Shown here: positions 19,703 to 29,397 of the stretch, piece after piece
Position numbering within the stretch: the stretch's first letter is position 1
Layout of the letters: every line of letters begins with the position of its first letter
Assembly: GCA_963742735.1 (NCBI GenBank)
Contig: CAVUMN010000002.1
Location: forward strand, 64,001 to 128,000
DNA length: 64,000 nucleotides
Source: an uncultured Actinomycetes bacterium
GTDB lineage: Bacteria; Actinomycetota; UBA4738; JBBDTT01
Reading direction: 5' to 3'
Made by a program: the position numbers and the translations under genes
Notes under the pieces: model-generated
Database searches by the model: none
Seen by the model: only the letters and a program-made list of their open reading frames with translations
What the model was told of the DNA's origin: nothing

Positions 19703-22700
19703 ATGAACGAGCTGAGCGCCTCCTCGAGCTCGTCGGTCCCCTGCCCGCGGTGCGGCCGCGGGAACCGGGACACGGCCAAGTTCTGCAAGGGATGCGGCCT
19801 GTCCTTCGCGCCGGAGATCACCTGCGTGAGCTGCGGCAGCAAGCTCGAGGCCGACGCCGTCTTCTGCGACGAGTGCGGCACCGCGGTCACGGCCTCCCAG
19901 CCGGCGGTGAAGGCCCCGGTCCGCGAGTCGGCTCGACTGCCGGAGACCTTTGGGGGCGGCCGCTACAAGGTCGTCCGGTTCCTGGGCGAGGGGGGACGCA
20001 AGCGGGTCTACCTGGCCGAGGACACCCGGCTGACCCGTGAGGTCGCCGTCAGCGTCTTCAAGGCCGAGGGGGTGGACGAGACGGCGCTGATTCGCGCCCG
20101 GCGCGAGGCCGAGGCGATGGGCAAGCTCGGCGACCATCCCAACATCGTCACGATCTACGACTTCGGCGAGGAGGACGGCGGCTTGTTCCTCGTCAGTCAG
20201 TACATGTCGGGAGGCGACCTCTCGGGCATGCTCTCCCAGGCCCCGGACCGCCGGCTGGCGATCGCCGAGGTGGCGCGGATCTCCACGGAGATCGCCCGCG
20301 GCCTGGAGCACGCGCACGCGAACGGCGTGATCCACCGCGACCTCAAGCCCCAGAACGTGTGGCTGTCCCCGGACGGGACCGCCAAGCTCGGCGACTTCGG
20401 CCTGGCCCTCGCCGCCGACCGCTCCCGCCTGACCGTGGACGGGGCGATGGTCGGGACGGTCGCGTACATGCCGCCCGAGCAGGGTCTGGGCCGGCCGGCC
20501 GACGAGCGGTCGGACCTCTACTCCCTGGGCGCGGTGATGTACGAGCTGATCTGTGGGGTCCCGCCGTTCACCGGCGGGGACGCCGCGGCGATCATCTCCC
20601 AGCACGTCAGCACCGTTCCCGTCGGCCCCAGCTGGCACCGCTCCGACCTGCCCACCGCGCTCGAGCGGCTGGTGCTGAAGCTCCTGGCGAAGACCCCTGA
20701 TGAGCGGTTCCAGTCGGCCACCGAGACCCGCGAGGCACTCCAGGCCATCGAGTCGGCGTCGGGGGTCGCGCCGGCGCCCGCCGAAGGCACGGTCGCCCTC
20801 GAGCGTCTGACCGACGGCATCTTCCTTGGCCGGGAGTCCGAGATGAAGGAGCTTCGGGCGGCGCTCGACGAGTCGATCGCCGGTCGAGGGCACGTAACCC
20901 TCATTGCCGGCGACGCCGGGATCGGCAAGACGCGGCTGGCGACGGAGGTCAAGGCGTACGCCGAGCTCCGGGGCGCCCGGGTGCTCTCCGGCCGCTGTCA
21001 CGCCGGCGAGGGCGCGCCGCCGTACTGGCCCTGGGTCCAGGTGATCCGCACGTACGTCCGCGAGCGCAAGGCCGAGGAGCTCCTGGCCGAGCTCGGCTCC
21101 GGCGCCACCGACATCGCCCAGGTCGTCTCCGACGTCCGGGCCTGCCTGCCCGACCTCCCCGAGCCGCAGGTCCTGGACCCCGACCAGGCCCGGTTCCGGC
21201 TGTTCGACGCCGTCACCACGTTCCTGCGCAACGCCTCGAGCACCGGCCCGCTGGCGATCTTCATCGAGGACCTGCACCGCGCGGACGAGCCCTCGCGCGA
21301 GCTGCTGGACTTCGTATCCCGGGAGCTCGGCGGCGCGCGGATCTTCCTGCTCGGCACCTATCGCGACACCGAGCTCGGCGAGGACCACGCGCTGAACGAG
21401 CTCCACGCCTCACTGTCCCGCGAGCGCAATTACTCGCGCCTGCGCCTCCGGGGCCTGAACGAGCGCGAGGTCAAGGCGCTCCTGGAGGACGTGTCCCGCC
21501 AGACCCTGGAGACCACCCAGGAGCTCGCGCTGGTCGACGCGGTCTTCCGCGAGTCCGACGGCAACCCGTTCTTCATCGAAGAGATCCTGCGGACGCTGCT
21601 CGAGTCGGAGGTCATCTACCTGCGCGAGGGCAAGTGGGTGAGCGACGCGACCCACATGAGCGACCTGTCGATCCCGAAGTCCATCCGCGAGCTCGTGGAA
21701 CAGCGCCTGGCCCGGCTGCCCGAGGAGAGCCGGGAGCTCCTGTCGATCGCGTCGGTCATCGGCTACGAGTTCGACATGCAGACCCTGGAGACGGTGGCCG
21801 GCATCCCCGTGGCCTCGGTGTTCGACCGGGTGCGGGCGGCCGTGGACGCCGCCATCGTCTCGCCGGTCCCCGACGAGCCCAACCGGTACCGGTTCGCGTA
21901 CGGCGCCACGCGCGACGCGCTCTACGAGGAGCTTCCCGAGTCCCGCCGCTTCGAGCTGCACCGGGCCATCGGCGAGGCCCTCGAGGAGATGTACGACGAC
22001 CGCATCGAGTCCCACTTGGCCGAGCTGGCCCACCACTTCGCGCTCGCCGCCCCGCTCGGCCTGGCCGGCAAGGCCGCCGACTACTCGTGGTGGGCCGGCG
22101 AGCGAGCCGCCACGCTGGCCGCCCACGAGGAAGCGGTCCTGCACTTCACCCGGACCATCCAGCTGTTCGACACCTTGACCGAGGAGGAGCCCACCCGGCG
22201 GTGCGAGCTGCTCATCGTCCTCGGCGAGTCGCGGTGGCGGGCCGGGGACGTGCGGGGGGCGAAGGAGACGTTCCTCAAGGCTGCCGAGGCCGCCGAGAAG
22301 CACGCGCTGCGCGACCAGTACGCGCGGGCGGCGCTCGGCTTCGCCGGCGGGCCCGGCGGGTTCTCCGCCGCCGACAAGCCGGACGACCAGCTGGTCGAGC
22401 TGCTGCGCACGGCGCTCCGCGGCCTGTCCGAGCGCGACAGCCTGCTGCGCGTGCGGCTGCTGGCGCGCCTGTCCCTCGAGATGCGCCTGACCACCGACGC
22501 CGTGGAGCCGGACAAGCTCTCCCGCGAGGCGCTGGAGATGGCCGAGCGGCTGGGCGACGCGCGGATCACGCTGCTGGCGATGTACAGCCGCCAGTGGGCG
22601 ACGATGGGGCCCGACGGGCTCGAGGACGATCTGACCGCCGGCGAGGAGATCGTCCGGCTGGCCCGGGTGGTCGGCGACAAGGAGATGGACTTCCACGGCC

Positions 22701-24214
22701 ATCACCTCCGGATCCACGGGTTCCTCGCCCTGGGCGACATGGTCTCGGTCGACCGCGAGATCCGCAGCTGCGAGAAGCTGGCCCGCGAGCTGCGCCAGCC
22801 GTACTACGAGTGGCACGTGGCGGTGTTCAGGGTGATGCGGGCTCTCATGCAGGGACGGTTCGACGAGGCCGGCCGGCTGGCGAGCTCCGCGGCGGCGATC
22901 GGTGCGCGAAGCCAGCCGGAGATCGCCACCACCGTGTTCGGCGTGCACGCCCTGCTCGGGAGCCTCCACACCAACTCGATGGCCGACCTGGTCCCGGGGG
23001 GCGAGCTCTTCGCCACGAACTATCCCCACTCGGCGTGGCCCTCGGCCTACGCCTGGATTCTCACCGAGGTCGGGGAGAACGCCAAGGCCCGCCCGGTGTT
23101 CGACGGCGTGGCCCGTGACCGTTTCGCCGGCCTGCGCCGGGACTCGAATTGGCTGACCGCCATGACGTGCGGCTCCCTGGCGTGTAGCGCCCTCGGCGAC
23201 GAGGAGGCGGCCGCCGTCATGTACGAGCTGCTCTCGCCCTACGCCGACTACTGCACGTCGATCCTGACCGCCGCGGCGTTCGTGGGCTCGATCCATATGT
23301 ACCTGGGGTTCCTGGCCGAGACCATGCGCCACCTGGACACCGCGATCGACCACTTCCAGAAGGGCATCGAGGTGAACGAGCGGATCGGCGCGTACCTCCT
23401 GGTTCCGCGGACCTACTTCGGTCTGGCGAGGGCCCTGCTCGCCCGGGACGGGGCCGGCGACCGGGAGCGCGCGTCGCAGGCCATCGAGAAGGGGCTGGAT
23501 CGAGCCCGCGAGGTGCAGATGCCGGGCGAGGTCGAGCGCCTGCTGGGGCTGAAGCTCGGCGGGCAGGGGATCACCTCGATCGACACACAGGCGTCGATCT
23601 ACCTGGTGGCGAAGTCGGTGGAGCAGGCCCGGCCCGACCTCACCCGCGCCGTCGCGCCGGACGGGACCGTGACGATCATGTTCTCCGACATCGAGGACTC
23701 AACGGTTCTCACCGAGCGGCTCGGAGACCGGCAGTGGCTGGAACTCCTGGAGGGGCACAACCAGATCATCCGCGAGAACTGCGCGAAGCATGACGGCTAC
23801 ACGGTCAAGTCGCAGGGCGACGGCTTCATGCTCGCCTTCGCCAGCGCCCGCAAGGCCATCCACTGTGCGATCGACGTGCAGCGGGCGATGGCGGAGCACC
23901 GCGGTGCGCACCCCGAGGCGCCCCTCAAGGTCCGCATCGGGCTGCACACCGGCGAAACGCTTCGCTCCGAGGAGGACTTCTTCGGCAAGAACGTTATCCT
24001 CGCCGCTCGGATAGCCGCCCAGGCGACCGGGGACCAGATCCTGGTGTCGTGGCTGCTCCGCGAGCTCGTGTCGAGCACCGGTGAGTTCGGGTTCGGCAAC
24101 GAACGCGAGCTGGAGCTGAAGGGCCTCTCCGGCAGCTATCGAGTCTTCGAGGTCCAGTGGGATGGCGCTACCGCGCCGGGAGCCGCACCTGCAGTGAGCT
24201 CACCTCGATCCTGA
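19703..24214 (+). CDS. Multidomain signalling protein: double Zn ribbon + Ser/Thr kinase + AAA/STAND-type ATPase + helical repeats + class III nucleotidyl cyclase
   Basis: 4x CxxC; HRDLKPQN, DFG; Walker A GDAGIGKT, Walker B IFIEDLH, GNPFF; FSDIEDST, GDGF, RIGLHTGE. Confidence 0.9.
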   Translation: MNELSASSSSSVPCPRCGRGNRDTAKFCKGCGLSFAPEITCVSCGSKLEADAVFCDECGTAVTASQPAVKAPVRESARLPETFGGGRYKVVRFLGEGGRKRVYLAEDTRLTREVAVSVFKAEGVDETALIRARREAEAMGKLGDHPNIVTIYDFGEEDGGLFLVSQYMSGGDLSGMLSQAPDRRLAIAEVARISTEIARGLEHAHANGVIHRDLKPQNVWLSPDGTAKLGDFGLALAADRSRLTVDGAMVGTVAYMPPEQGLGRPADERSDLYSLGAVMYELICGVPPFTGGDAAAIISQHVSTVPVGPSWHRSDLPTALERLVLKLLAKTPDERFQSATETREALQAIESASGVAPAPAEGTVALERLTDGIFLGRESEMKELRAALDESIAGRGHVTLIAGDAGIGKTRLATEVKAYAELRGARVLSGRCHAGEGAPPYWPWVQVIRTYVRERKAEELLAELGSGATDIAQVVSDVRACLPDLPEPQVLDPDQARFRLFDAVTTFLRNASSTGPLAIFIEDLHRADEPSRELLDFVSRELGGARIFLLGTYRDTELGEDHALNELHASLSRERNYSRLRLRGLNEREVKALLEDVSRQTLETTQELALVDAVFRESDGNPFFIEEILRTLLESEVIYLREGKWVSDATHMSDLSIPKSIRELVEQRLARLPEESRELLSIASVIGYEFDMQTLETVAGIPVASVFDRVRAAVDAAIVSPVPDEPNRYRFAYGATRDALYEELPESRRFELHRAIGEALEEMYDDRIESHLAELAHHFALAAPLGLAGKAADYSWWAGERAATLAAHEEAVLHFTRTIQLFDTLTEEEPTRRCELLIVLGESRWRAGDVRGAKETFLKAAEAAEKHALRDQYARAALGFAGGPGGFSAADKPDDQLVELLRTALRGLSERDSLLRVRLLARLSLEMRLTTDAVEPDKLSREALEMAERLGDARITLLAMYSRQWATMGPDGLEDDLTAGEEIVRLARVVGDKEMDFHGHHLRIHGFLALGDMVSVDREIRSCEKLARELRQPYYEWHVAVFRVMRALMQGRFDEAGRLASSAAAIGARSQPEIATTVFGVHALLGSLHTNSMADLVPGGELFATNYPHSAWPSAYAWILTEVGENAKARPVFDGVARDRFAGLRRDSNWLTAMTCGSLACSALGDEEAAAVMYELLSPYADYCTSILTAAAFVGSIHMYLGFLAETMRHLDTAIDHFQKGIEVNERIGAYLLVPRTYFGLARALLARDGAGDRERASQAIEKGLDRAREVQMPGEVERLLGLKLGGQGITSIDTQASIYLVAKSVEQARPDLTRAVAPDGTVTIMFSDIEDSTVLTERLGDRQWLELLEGHNQIIRENCAKHDGYTVKSQGDGFMLAFASARKAIHCAIDVQRAMAEHRGAHPEAPLKVRIGLHTGETLRSEEDFFGKNVILAARIAAQATGDQILVSWLLRELVSSTGEFGFGNERELELKGLSGSYRVFEVQWDGATAPGAAPAVSSPRS

Positions 24215-25976
24215 ACCAGCCGTTCGACGGGCGCGCGTAGGGCGCGTCCGCGCCGACGAGCTCGAGCACGGCCGAGTTACCTTTCGCGAAGCGCCAGGCT
24301 CCGGGGTGCAGCCACCACGCGTTCGGACCATTCGCCGGGCGGTACGTACCCCGCGCGACCAAACGCTGCGACCCACCTCCCGGGGCGACGTCCCACAGGC
24401 GCGCGACGAGCTGGGCGTGCTCGGCCGGGACGCCGGTGACCGTCAGGTCGGCGGTGAGCCGTGGCGCACCGATCAGCGTCCACGCCGGGGCGCCCTCCTC
24501 CTTGATCACGTAGCGCGCGGTGCCGGGGGCGGTCTCGGCCGGCGTCTCGGCACAGACCGTCCCGGTCGCGGGGTCGATGGCCAGGGCCACGCGGGGGTCG
24601 CCGCTCCCCGAGACGACCGTCCGGGACCCGGTCGTCGCGAACACCACCTGCCGGCGGGCCAGGGCCGCGAACGTCGGGGCGACGTACGGCCCGAGGCTGG
24701 GCTCCGTCGCCGGACAGGTGACCACATAGGCCGTCACCCCCAGCCGCGGCGAGCCCTCGCCCTTCAGGTAGCGGTCGAACCAGCCGTGGATCCGCGCCAG
24801 CAGCTCGGCCCGCTCAACCGGCTTCTGCGCCGAGCGCTGGTGGCCGAAGTCGCCGAAGAAGAGCGACAGCGGCACCTTTGGATACATCCGGCGCATGCGG
24901 TTCGCGAAGCGCAGGGCCTCGTCCACCGGGAACAGGTCGTCGGTGAAGCCCGAGGCGATGAAGAGCGGGGGTGGGGGGCGGCTCGGGTCGATGAAGTACG
25001 CGGAGTGGTAGTCGCGTGCCACGCGAACGATGTCCGTCGCGACGGGGTCGGTGTACGGCTCGCCCAGGTCGATGCGCGCCACCGACCGCTGGATCTCGGC
25101 CTCCGGGTCGGTCCCCGGCAGGGCCAGGAAGCCCATCGGGCGGCCCGGGATGAACGGCTCGCCCACCGGCTGGCCGGGACCGATCGCGTTCTGGGCCGCG
25201 AGGAGGATCCCGTTCACGAACGATCCCTTCGGCACACCGATCGGGGAGTGGGCGACGGCGGCGCCGGTGACGCCGGTCGGTGAGACGCGCCCGTTCGGGG
25301 CGGCGGCGGTGACCAGGTCGCTCCACGGGATCACCGGCGCGGCCGCCGCGATCCGTAGGGGCCGGCCCGCCGGGCTCCGCCACGGGACCAGGCGGCCGTC
25401 CGGCAGCATGACCCGGTCCCGCAACGCGGCCAGCATCAGCGTCTGCCCGCCGCCGTAGGAGTCGGCGGTCACGCCGATCCGGCCCGCGGCGGCCACGCCC
25501 TCGTCCACCAGGCGGCCGATCAGGTGCTGCGCGTCCCGCACCTCGTAGCGGACGTCCGCCAGGTGGAGGTACCCGCCCAGGCAGGCCTCGGGGCTCGCCG
25601 CGCGCGACTCGGGCGTGCCGCACGACCCCCACAGCCCGCGCGCGGTGAACGTGAGGACCGCGTATCCCTCCCGGGCCCACGCGTAGGCGTTGTCGGTGTA
25701 CGCGGTGGAGGCCGGGTCCAGGTACTCGTGCTTCGAGTTGCCGAAGCCGTTGAGCTCGACGACCAGGGGAAGGTCGCGGGCGCCCTCGGCGGGCAGCGTC
25801 ACGGTCGTGTCGAGGGGCACGCCGTCCCACGTCTCGGCCAGCCCCGAGCACAGGTACACGCCCTCCGCCGGCCCGCAGTCGGTCAGCCCCAGCGGGGGTG
25901 CGGACGCGGTGGCGGTGCCGGCCGGCATCCCCAGCACGAGCGAGACGGCCAGCGCGAGTGGGCGGGCTCGACGCAA
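24168..25976 (-). CDS. Secreted CocE/NonD-like (S15) hydrolase
   Basis: Signal peptide, RG.WGSCG, DSYGG nucleophile; TTG start inferred; overlaps the kinase 3' end by 47 bp. Confidence 0.75.
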   Translation of the reverse strand: MRRARPLALAVSLVLGMPAGTATASAPPLGLTDCGPAEGVYLCSGLAETWDGVPLDTTVTLPAEGARDLPLVVELNGFGNSKHEYLDPASTAYTDNAYAWAREGYAVLTFTARGLWGSCGTPESRAASPEACLGGYLHLADVRYEVRDAQHLIGRLVDEGVAAAGRIGVTADSYGGGQTLMLAALRDRVMLPDGRLVPWRSPAGRPLRIAAAAPVIPWSDLVTAAAPNGRVSPTGVTGAAVAHSPIGVPKGSFVNGILLAAQNAIGPGQPVGEPFIPGRPMGFLALPGTDPEAEIQRSVARIDLGEPYTDPVATDIVRVARDYHSAYFIDPSRPPPPLFIASGFTDDLFPVDEALRFANRMRRMYPKVPLSLFFGDFGHQRSAQKPVERAELLARIHGWFDRYLKGEGSPRLGVTAYVVTCPATEPSLGPYVAPTFAALARRQVVFATTGSRTVVSGSGDPRVALAIDPATGTVCAETPAETAPGTARYVIKEEGAPAWTLIGAPRLTADLTVTGVPAEHAQLVARLWDVAPGGGSQRLVARGTYRPANGPNAWWLHPGAWRFAKGNSAVLELVGADAPYARPSNGWFRIEVSSLQVRLPAR

Positions 25977-26112
25977 GGAGAGGATTGTGACGCGTTGGCG
26001 GGGGTTGCGGAAATGGGCACCTTGACCGGCGTTCGCCCCAGTGATTGGGTAATCGTCAGATTTGTCCAACTGAGCTGGACTGCGCTCCGCGGTCCCGAGG
26101 GGAGAAGGCACC

Positions 26113-27654
26113 ATGCGTGCTCGGTCGATCGCTCTGCTCAGCATCCTGACCATTGTCGCAAGCATGTTCGGCATCACCACGGCGACGGCCGGCGGGCCGA
26201 TCACGATCATGGTCGACGACGACGGCATGGCCGTCCCGGGGAACTGTGGGTCCACGACGGTGACCCACGACACCATCCAGGAAGCGGTGGACGCGGCGCT
26301 GGCCGGGGACACCATCAGCGTCTGCCCGGGGGACTACCCCGACCCGGTCAACGTGGACAAGACCCTGGAGATCCTGGGTGCCCAGGCCGGGGTCGACGCC
26401 CGCACCCGGCCGGGGACGCTCTCCTTGGAATCCGCCGTGGGGCCGGAAGGTGAGAGCTTGCTGGGATTCTTCGTCACGGCCCCGAACGTGGTCATCTCCG
26501 GGTTCATGTTCATCGGCTGGTCCGACGCCGTCAGGAGCACCTCGGAGGCCGCGAGCCTCCGGGTCCTCGACAGCATCTTCTCCGAGAACTTCGCCGGTCT
26601 CCGGATCCAGTCGAACAACAGCCTGGCCCGTCGGAACCTGTTCGCCGACAACTTCGTCGGCATCCTGATGTTGGGCGGGACGAAGGCCCTCTTCACGCTG
26701 AACGACTTCCTGGGCAACGACGTCGGGATCGACCTCGAGGGGGACACGGACGACTTCACCGGTCAGGGAGAGCCGCCTCCCATCAATCCCTTCCCGACGG
26801 ACGTCCGGATCCTGCGGAACGAATTCCTGGGCCCCGATCTGGGTCCCGGCGAGGTGGGGACCAACACCATCTCGCAGACCGTGGGGATCGAGGCCTCGAG
26901 CACGACCGGCCTGATCATCACGGAGAACACCATCTCCGAGGTCCTGATCGGGATATGGCTCGCCGGAGGCACCGACGCGACGACCGTCGAGCTGAACGAC
27001 GTGAGCGCATTCGATGTGGACCTCCTCCTCGATGACGGCGGGCAGATCAGCACCACCGACGTCTGCTGTGCGCCGAACTCGAACGTGACGGTCAAGTCCA
27101 ATCGCCTCACGAACAGCGGCTCGGGCATCGCGATCTTCTCCCTGACCGGGTCCATGGTCGTGTCCCGCAACACCATCACGGGGAACAACGGCGGGATCTT
27201 CAACGACTCCGGCGCCCAGGTGAACGCGGCCGAGAACTGGTGGGGCGCCGCCTCCGGCCCCTCGGACTGGTCCACGGGGACCGGCGACCCGGTGTCGCCG
27301 GACGTTCGGTTCTTCCCGTGGTCCACGAACGCGACGTTCACGGCGTTCTCCAAGTGCAAGAACACGCCGACGGCCGCGAACCAGACCATCAACGGGACCA
27401 CCGGCAACGACATCCTGTGCGGCGGCGGCGGTCAGGACACCATCGACGGCAAGGCGGGTAACGACCTCATCCTGGGCGACGCCGGTAGCGACATCCTGAT
27501 GGGTGCGCTGGGCGCCGACGCCATTCTGGGCGGCCAGGGAGACGACACCCTCAACGGCAACGCCGGGTTCGATCACCTGCAGGGACAGTCCAACTCCGAC
27601 TCGTGTCTGGTCGGGGTGGACGGAGGACAGACGGCCACCTGCGAAGGACCCTGA
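26113..27654 (+). CDS. Secreted right-handed beta-helix protein with C-terminal RTX-like Ca-binding repeats (paralog 1)
   Basis: Signal peptide, TIQ.AVDAA..GDTI.VCPG.Y, NAAENWWG, G.xG.D.L nonapeptides. Confidence 0.8.
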   Translation: MRARSIALLSILTIVASMFGITTATAGGPITIMVDDDGMAVPGNCGSTTVTHDTIQEAVDAALAGDTISVCPGDYPDPVNVDKTLEILGAQAGVDARTRPGTLSLESAVGPEGESLLGFFVTAPNVVISGFMFIGWSDAVRSTSEAASLRVLDSIFSENFAGLRIQSNNSLARRNLFADNFVGILMLGGTKALFTLNDFLGNDVGIDLEGDTDDFTGQGEPPPINPFPTDVRILRNEFLGPDLGPGEVGTNTISQTVGIEASSTTGLIITENTISEVLIGIWLAGGTDATTVELNDVSAFDVDLLLDDGGQISTTDVCCAPNSNVTVKSNRLTNSGSGIAIFSLTGSMVVSRNTITGNNGGIFNDSGAQVNAAENWWGAASGPSDWSTGTGDPVSPDVRFFPWSTNATFTAFSKCKNTPTAANQTINGTTGNDILCGGGGQDTIDGKAGNDLILGDAGSDILMGALGADAILGGQGDDTLNGNAGFDHLQGQSNSDSCLVGVDGGQTATCEGP

Positions 27655-27720
27655 GCAACTGTGGCATTGTTCCGCACACACGAACGGGCGCCGGCTGGGG
27701 GCCCAGAAGGAGGAAGAACG

Positions 27721-29292
27721 ATGCGTCGTCGGTCGGTCGCTCTACTCAGCATCCTGACGCTTGCCGCGGGACTCCTCGGGATCACCGGGGCCCACGCTGG
27801 CGGCCCCATCACCCTGGCGGTGGACGACGACGGCATGGCCGTCCCGGGGAACTGCGACTCGGCGACGGCGACGTTCACCACGATCCAGGCGGCGGTGGAC
27901 GCCGCCCTGGCGGGGGACACGATCCAGGTGTGCCCGGGGACCTACGAGGAACAGGTGTACGTGGACAAGACCCTGGAGCTCCTGGGGGCCCAGGCCGGGA
28001 TCGACGGCCGCACCCGGCCCGGAACGCCGGCCGTGGAGTCCGTCCTGGACTCGGACGCGGTCGACCAGACGGGCATCTACGTCGACGCCCCGAACGTGGT
28101 CATCAACGGGTTCCTCATCCAGGGCTATGACGCCGGCATCAGCACCAACATCATCATCGACCCGGTCCCGGCCTCCGGGCTCCGGGTCCTGAACAACATC
28201 CTCTTCCAGAACGGGACCGGTCTCCAGATCGAGTCGGACAACAGCCTCGTCCGCCGAAACCTCTTCGAAGACAACGTCCTCGGCATCCACATGCTCACCG
28301 GGACGAAGGCCACGTTCACGACCAACGAGTTCCTTGGCAACCACGCCGTCGGCATCCTGCTCGAGGGCTGCTTCGAGTACTGCGACTCGGGCATCAACGG
28401 TTTCGGCCCCCCGACGGACGTGACCATCTCGACGAACGAGATCGTGGGCCCGGAGATCACGGAGACCGGTGGCGGGGGCGGTGGGGGCCCGACGGTTGGG
28501 ATCGAGGCCCACAACACGACCGGCGTGCGGATCACCGGGAACAACATCTCGGTGGTGGATTTCGGAATCTGGCTCGCTGAGGGCAACGACGCGGTGACCG
28601 TCGAGACGAACACCGTGGACGACACGGGGATCGCCCTCCTGCTGGGCTTCCTCCGGAGGGAGGTCAACACGGAGGGGATTGGCGGCGGTCCGAACTCGAA
28701 CGTCACGGTCAAGTCCAACCGCTTCACCAACAGCGAAACGGGCATCGAGATCGACGACTTCTCGCTCTCCGGGAACTTCGTCGTCTCCCGCAACACCATC
28801 ACGGGGAACGATGACTGGGGGATCGTGAACTTCTCCAGTGCCCAGGTGAACGCGGCGGAGAACTGGTGGGGCGCCGCCTCGGGGCCGTCGGACTGGTCCA
28901 CCGGGACCGGTGACTCGGTTTCGCCCAACGTCCGGTTCTTCCCGTGGTCCACGAACGCCACGTTCACCACGTTCGCCAAGTGCAAGAACAAGTACACGGC
29001 CGGCAACGACACCGTCAACGGGACCACCGGCAACGACATCCTGTGCGGCGGCGGCGGTCAGGACACCATCGACGGCAAGGCGGGGAACGACCTCATCCTG
29101 GGCGACGCCGGCAGCGACATCCTGATGGGTGCGCTGGGCGCCGACGCCATCCTGGCCGGCCAGGGCGACGACACCCTGAGGGGCAACGCCGGGTTCGACT
29201 CCCTGCAGGGCCAGGCCAACTACGACTTCTGCGATGTCGGGGTCGACTCAGGACAGATCGCCACCTGCGAGGAAGTGCCCATAGGACCCTGA
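27721..29292 (+). CDS. Secreted beta-helix/RTX protein (paralog 2)
   Basis: Same architecture; GGAGG RBS. Confidence 0.8.
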   Translation: MRRRSVALLSILTLAAGLLGITGAHAGGPITLAVDDDGMAVPGNCDSATATFTTIQAAVDAALAGDTIQVCPGTYEEQVYVDKTLELLGAQAGIDGRTRPGTPAVESVLDSDAVDQTGIYVDAPNVVINGFLIQGYDAGISTNIIIDPVPASGLRVLNNILFQNGTGLQIESDNSLVRRNLFEDNVLGIHMLTGTKATFTTNEFLGNHAVGILLEGCFEYCDSGINGFGPPTDVTISTNEIVGPEITETGGGGGGGPTVGIEAHNTTGVRITGNNISVVDFGIWLAEGNDAVTVETNTVDDTGIALLLGFLRREVNTEGIGGGPNSNVTVKSNRFTNSETGIEIDDFSLSGNFVVSRNTITGNDDWGIVNFSSAQVNAAENWWGAASGPSDWSTGTGDSVSPNVRFFPWSTNATFTTFAKCKNKYTAGNDTVNGTTGNDILCGGGGQDTIDGKAGNDLILGDAGSDILMGALGADAILAGQGDDTLRGNAGFDSLQGQANYDFCDVGVDSGQIATCEEVPIGP

Positions 29293-29397
29293 CGAGCGCG
29301 ACGGAACCCTTGACCTGATCCGGGAGGCGTGCTTGGCTTCGACTGATTTGTCCACTTGAACCGGGCGGCGGTTGGCGGCCCCGAAGGAGGAACCACG

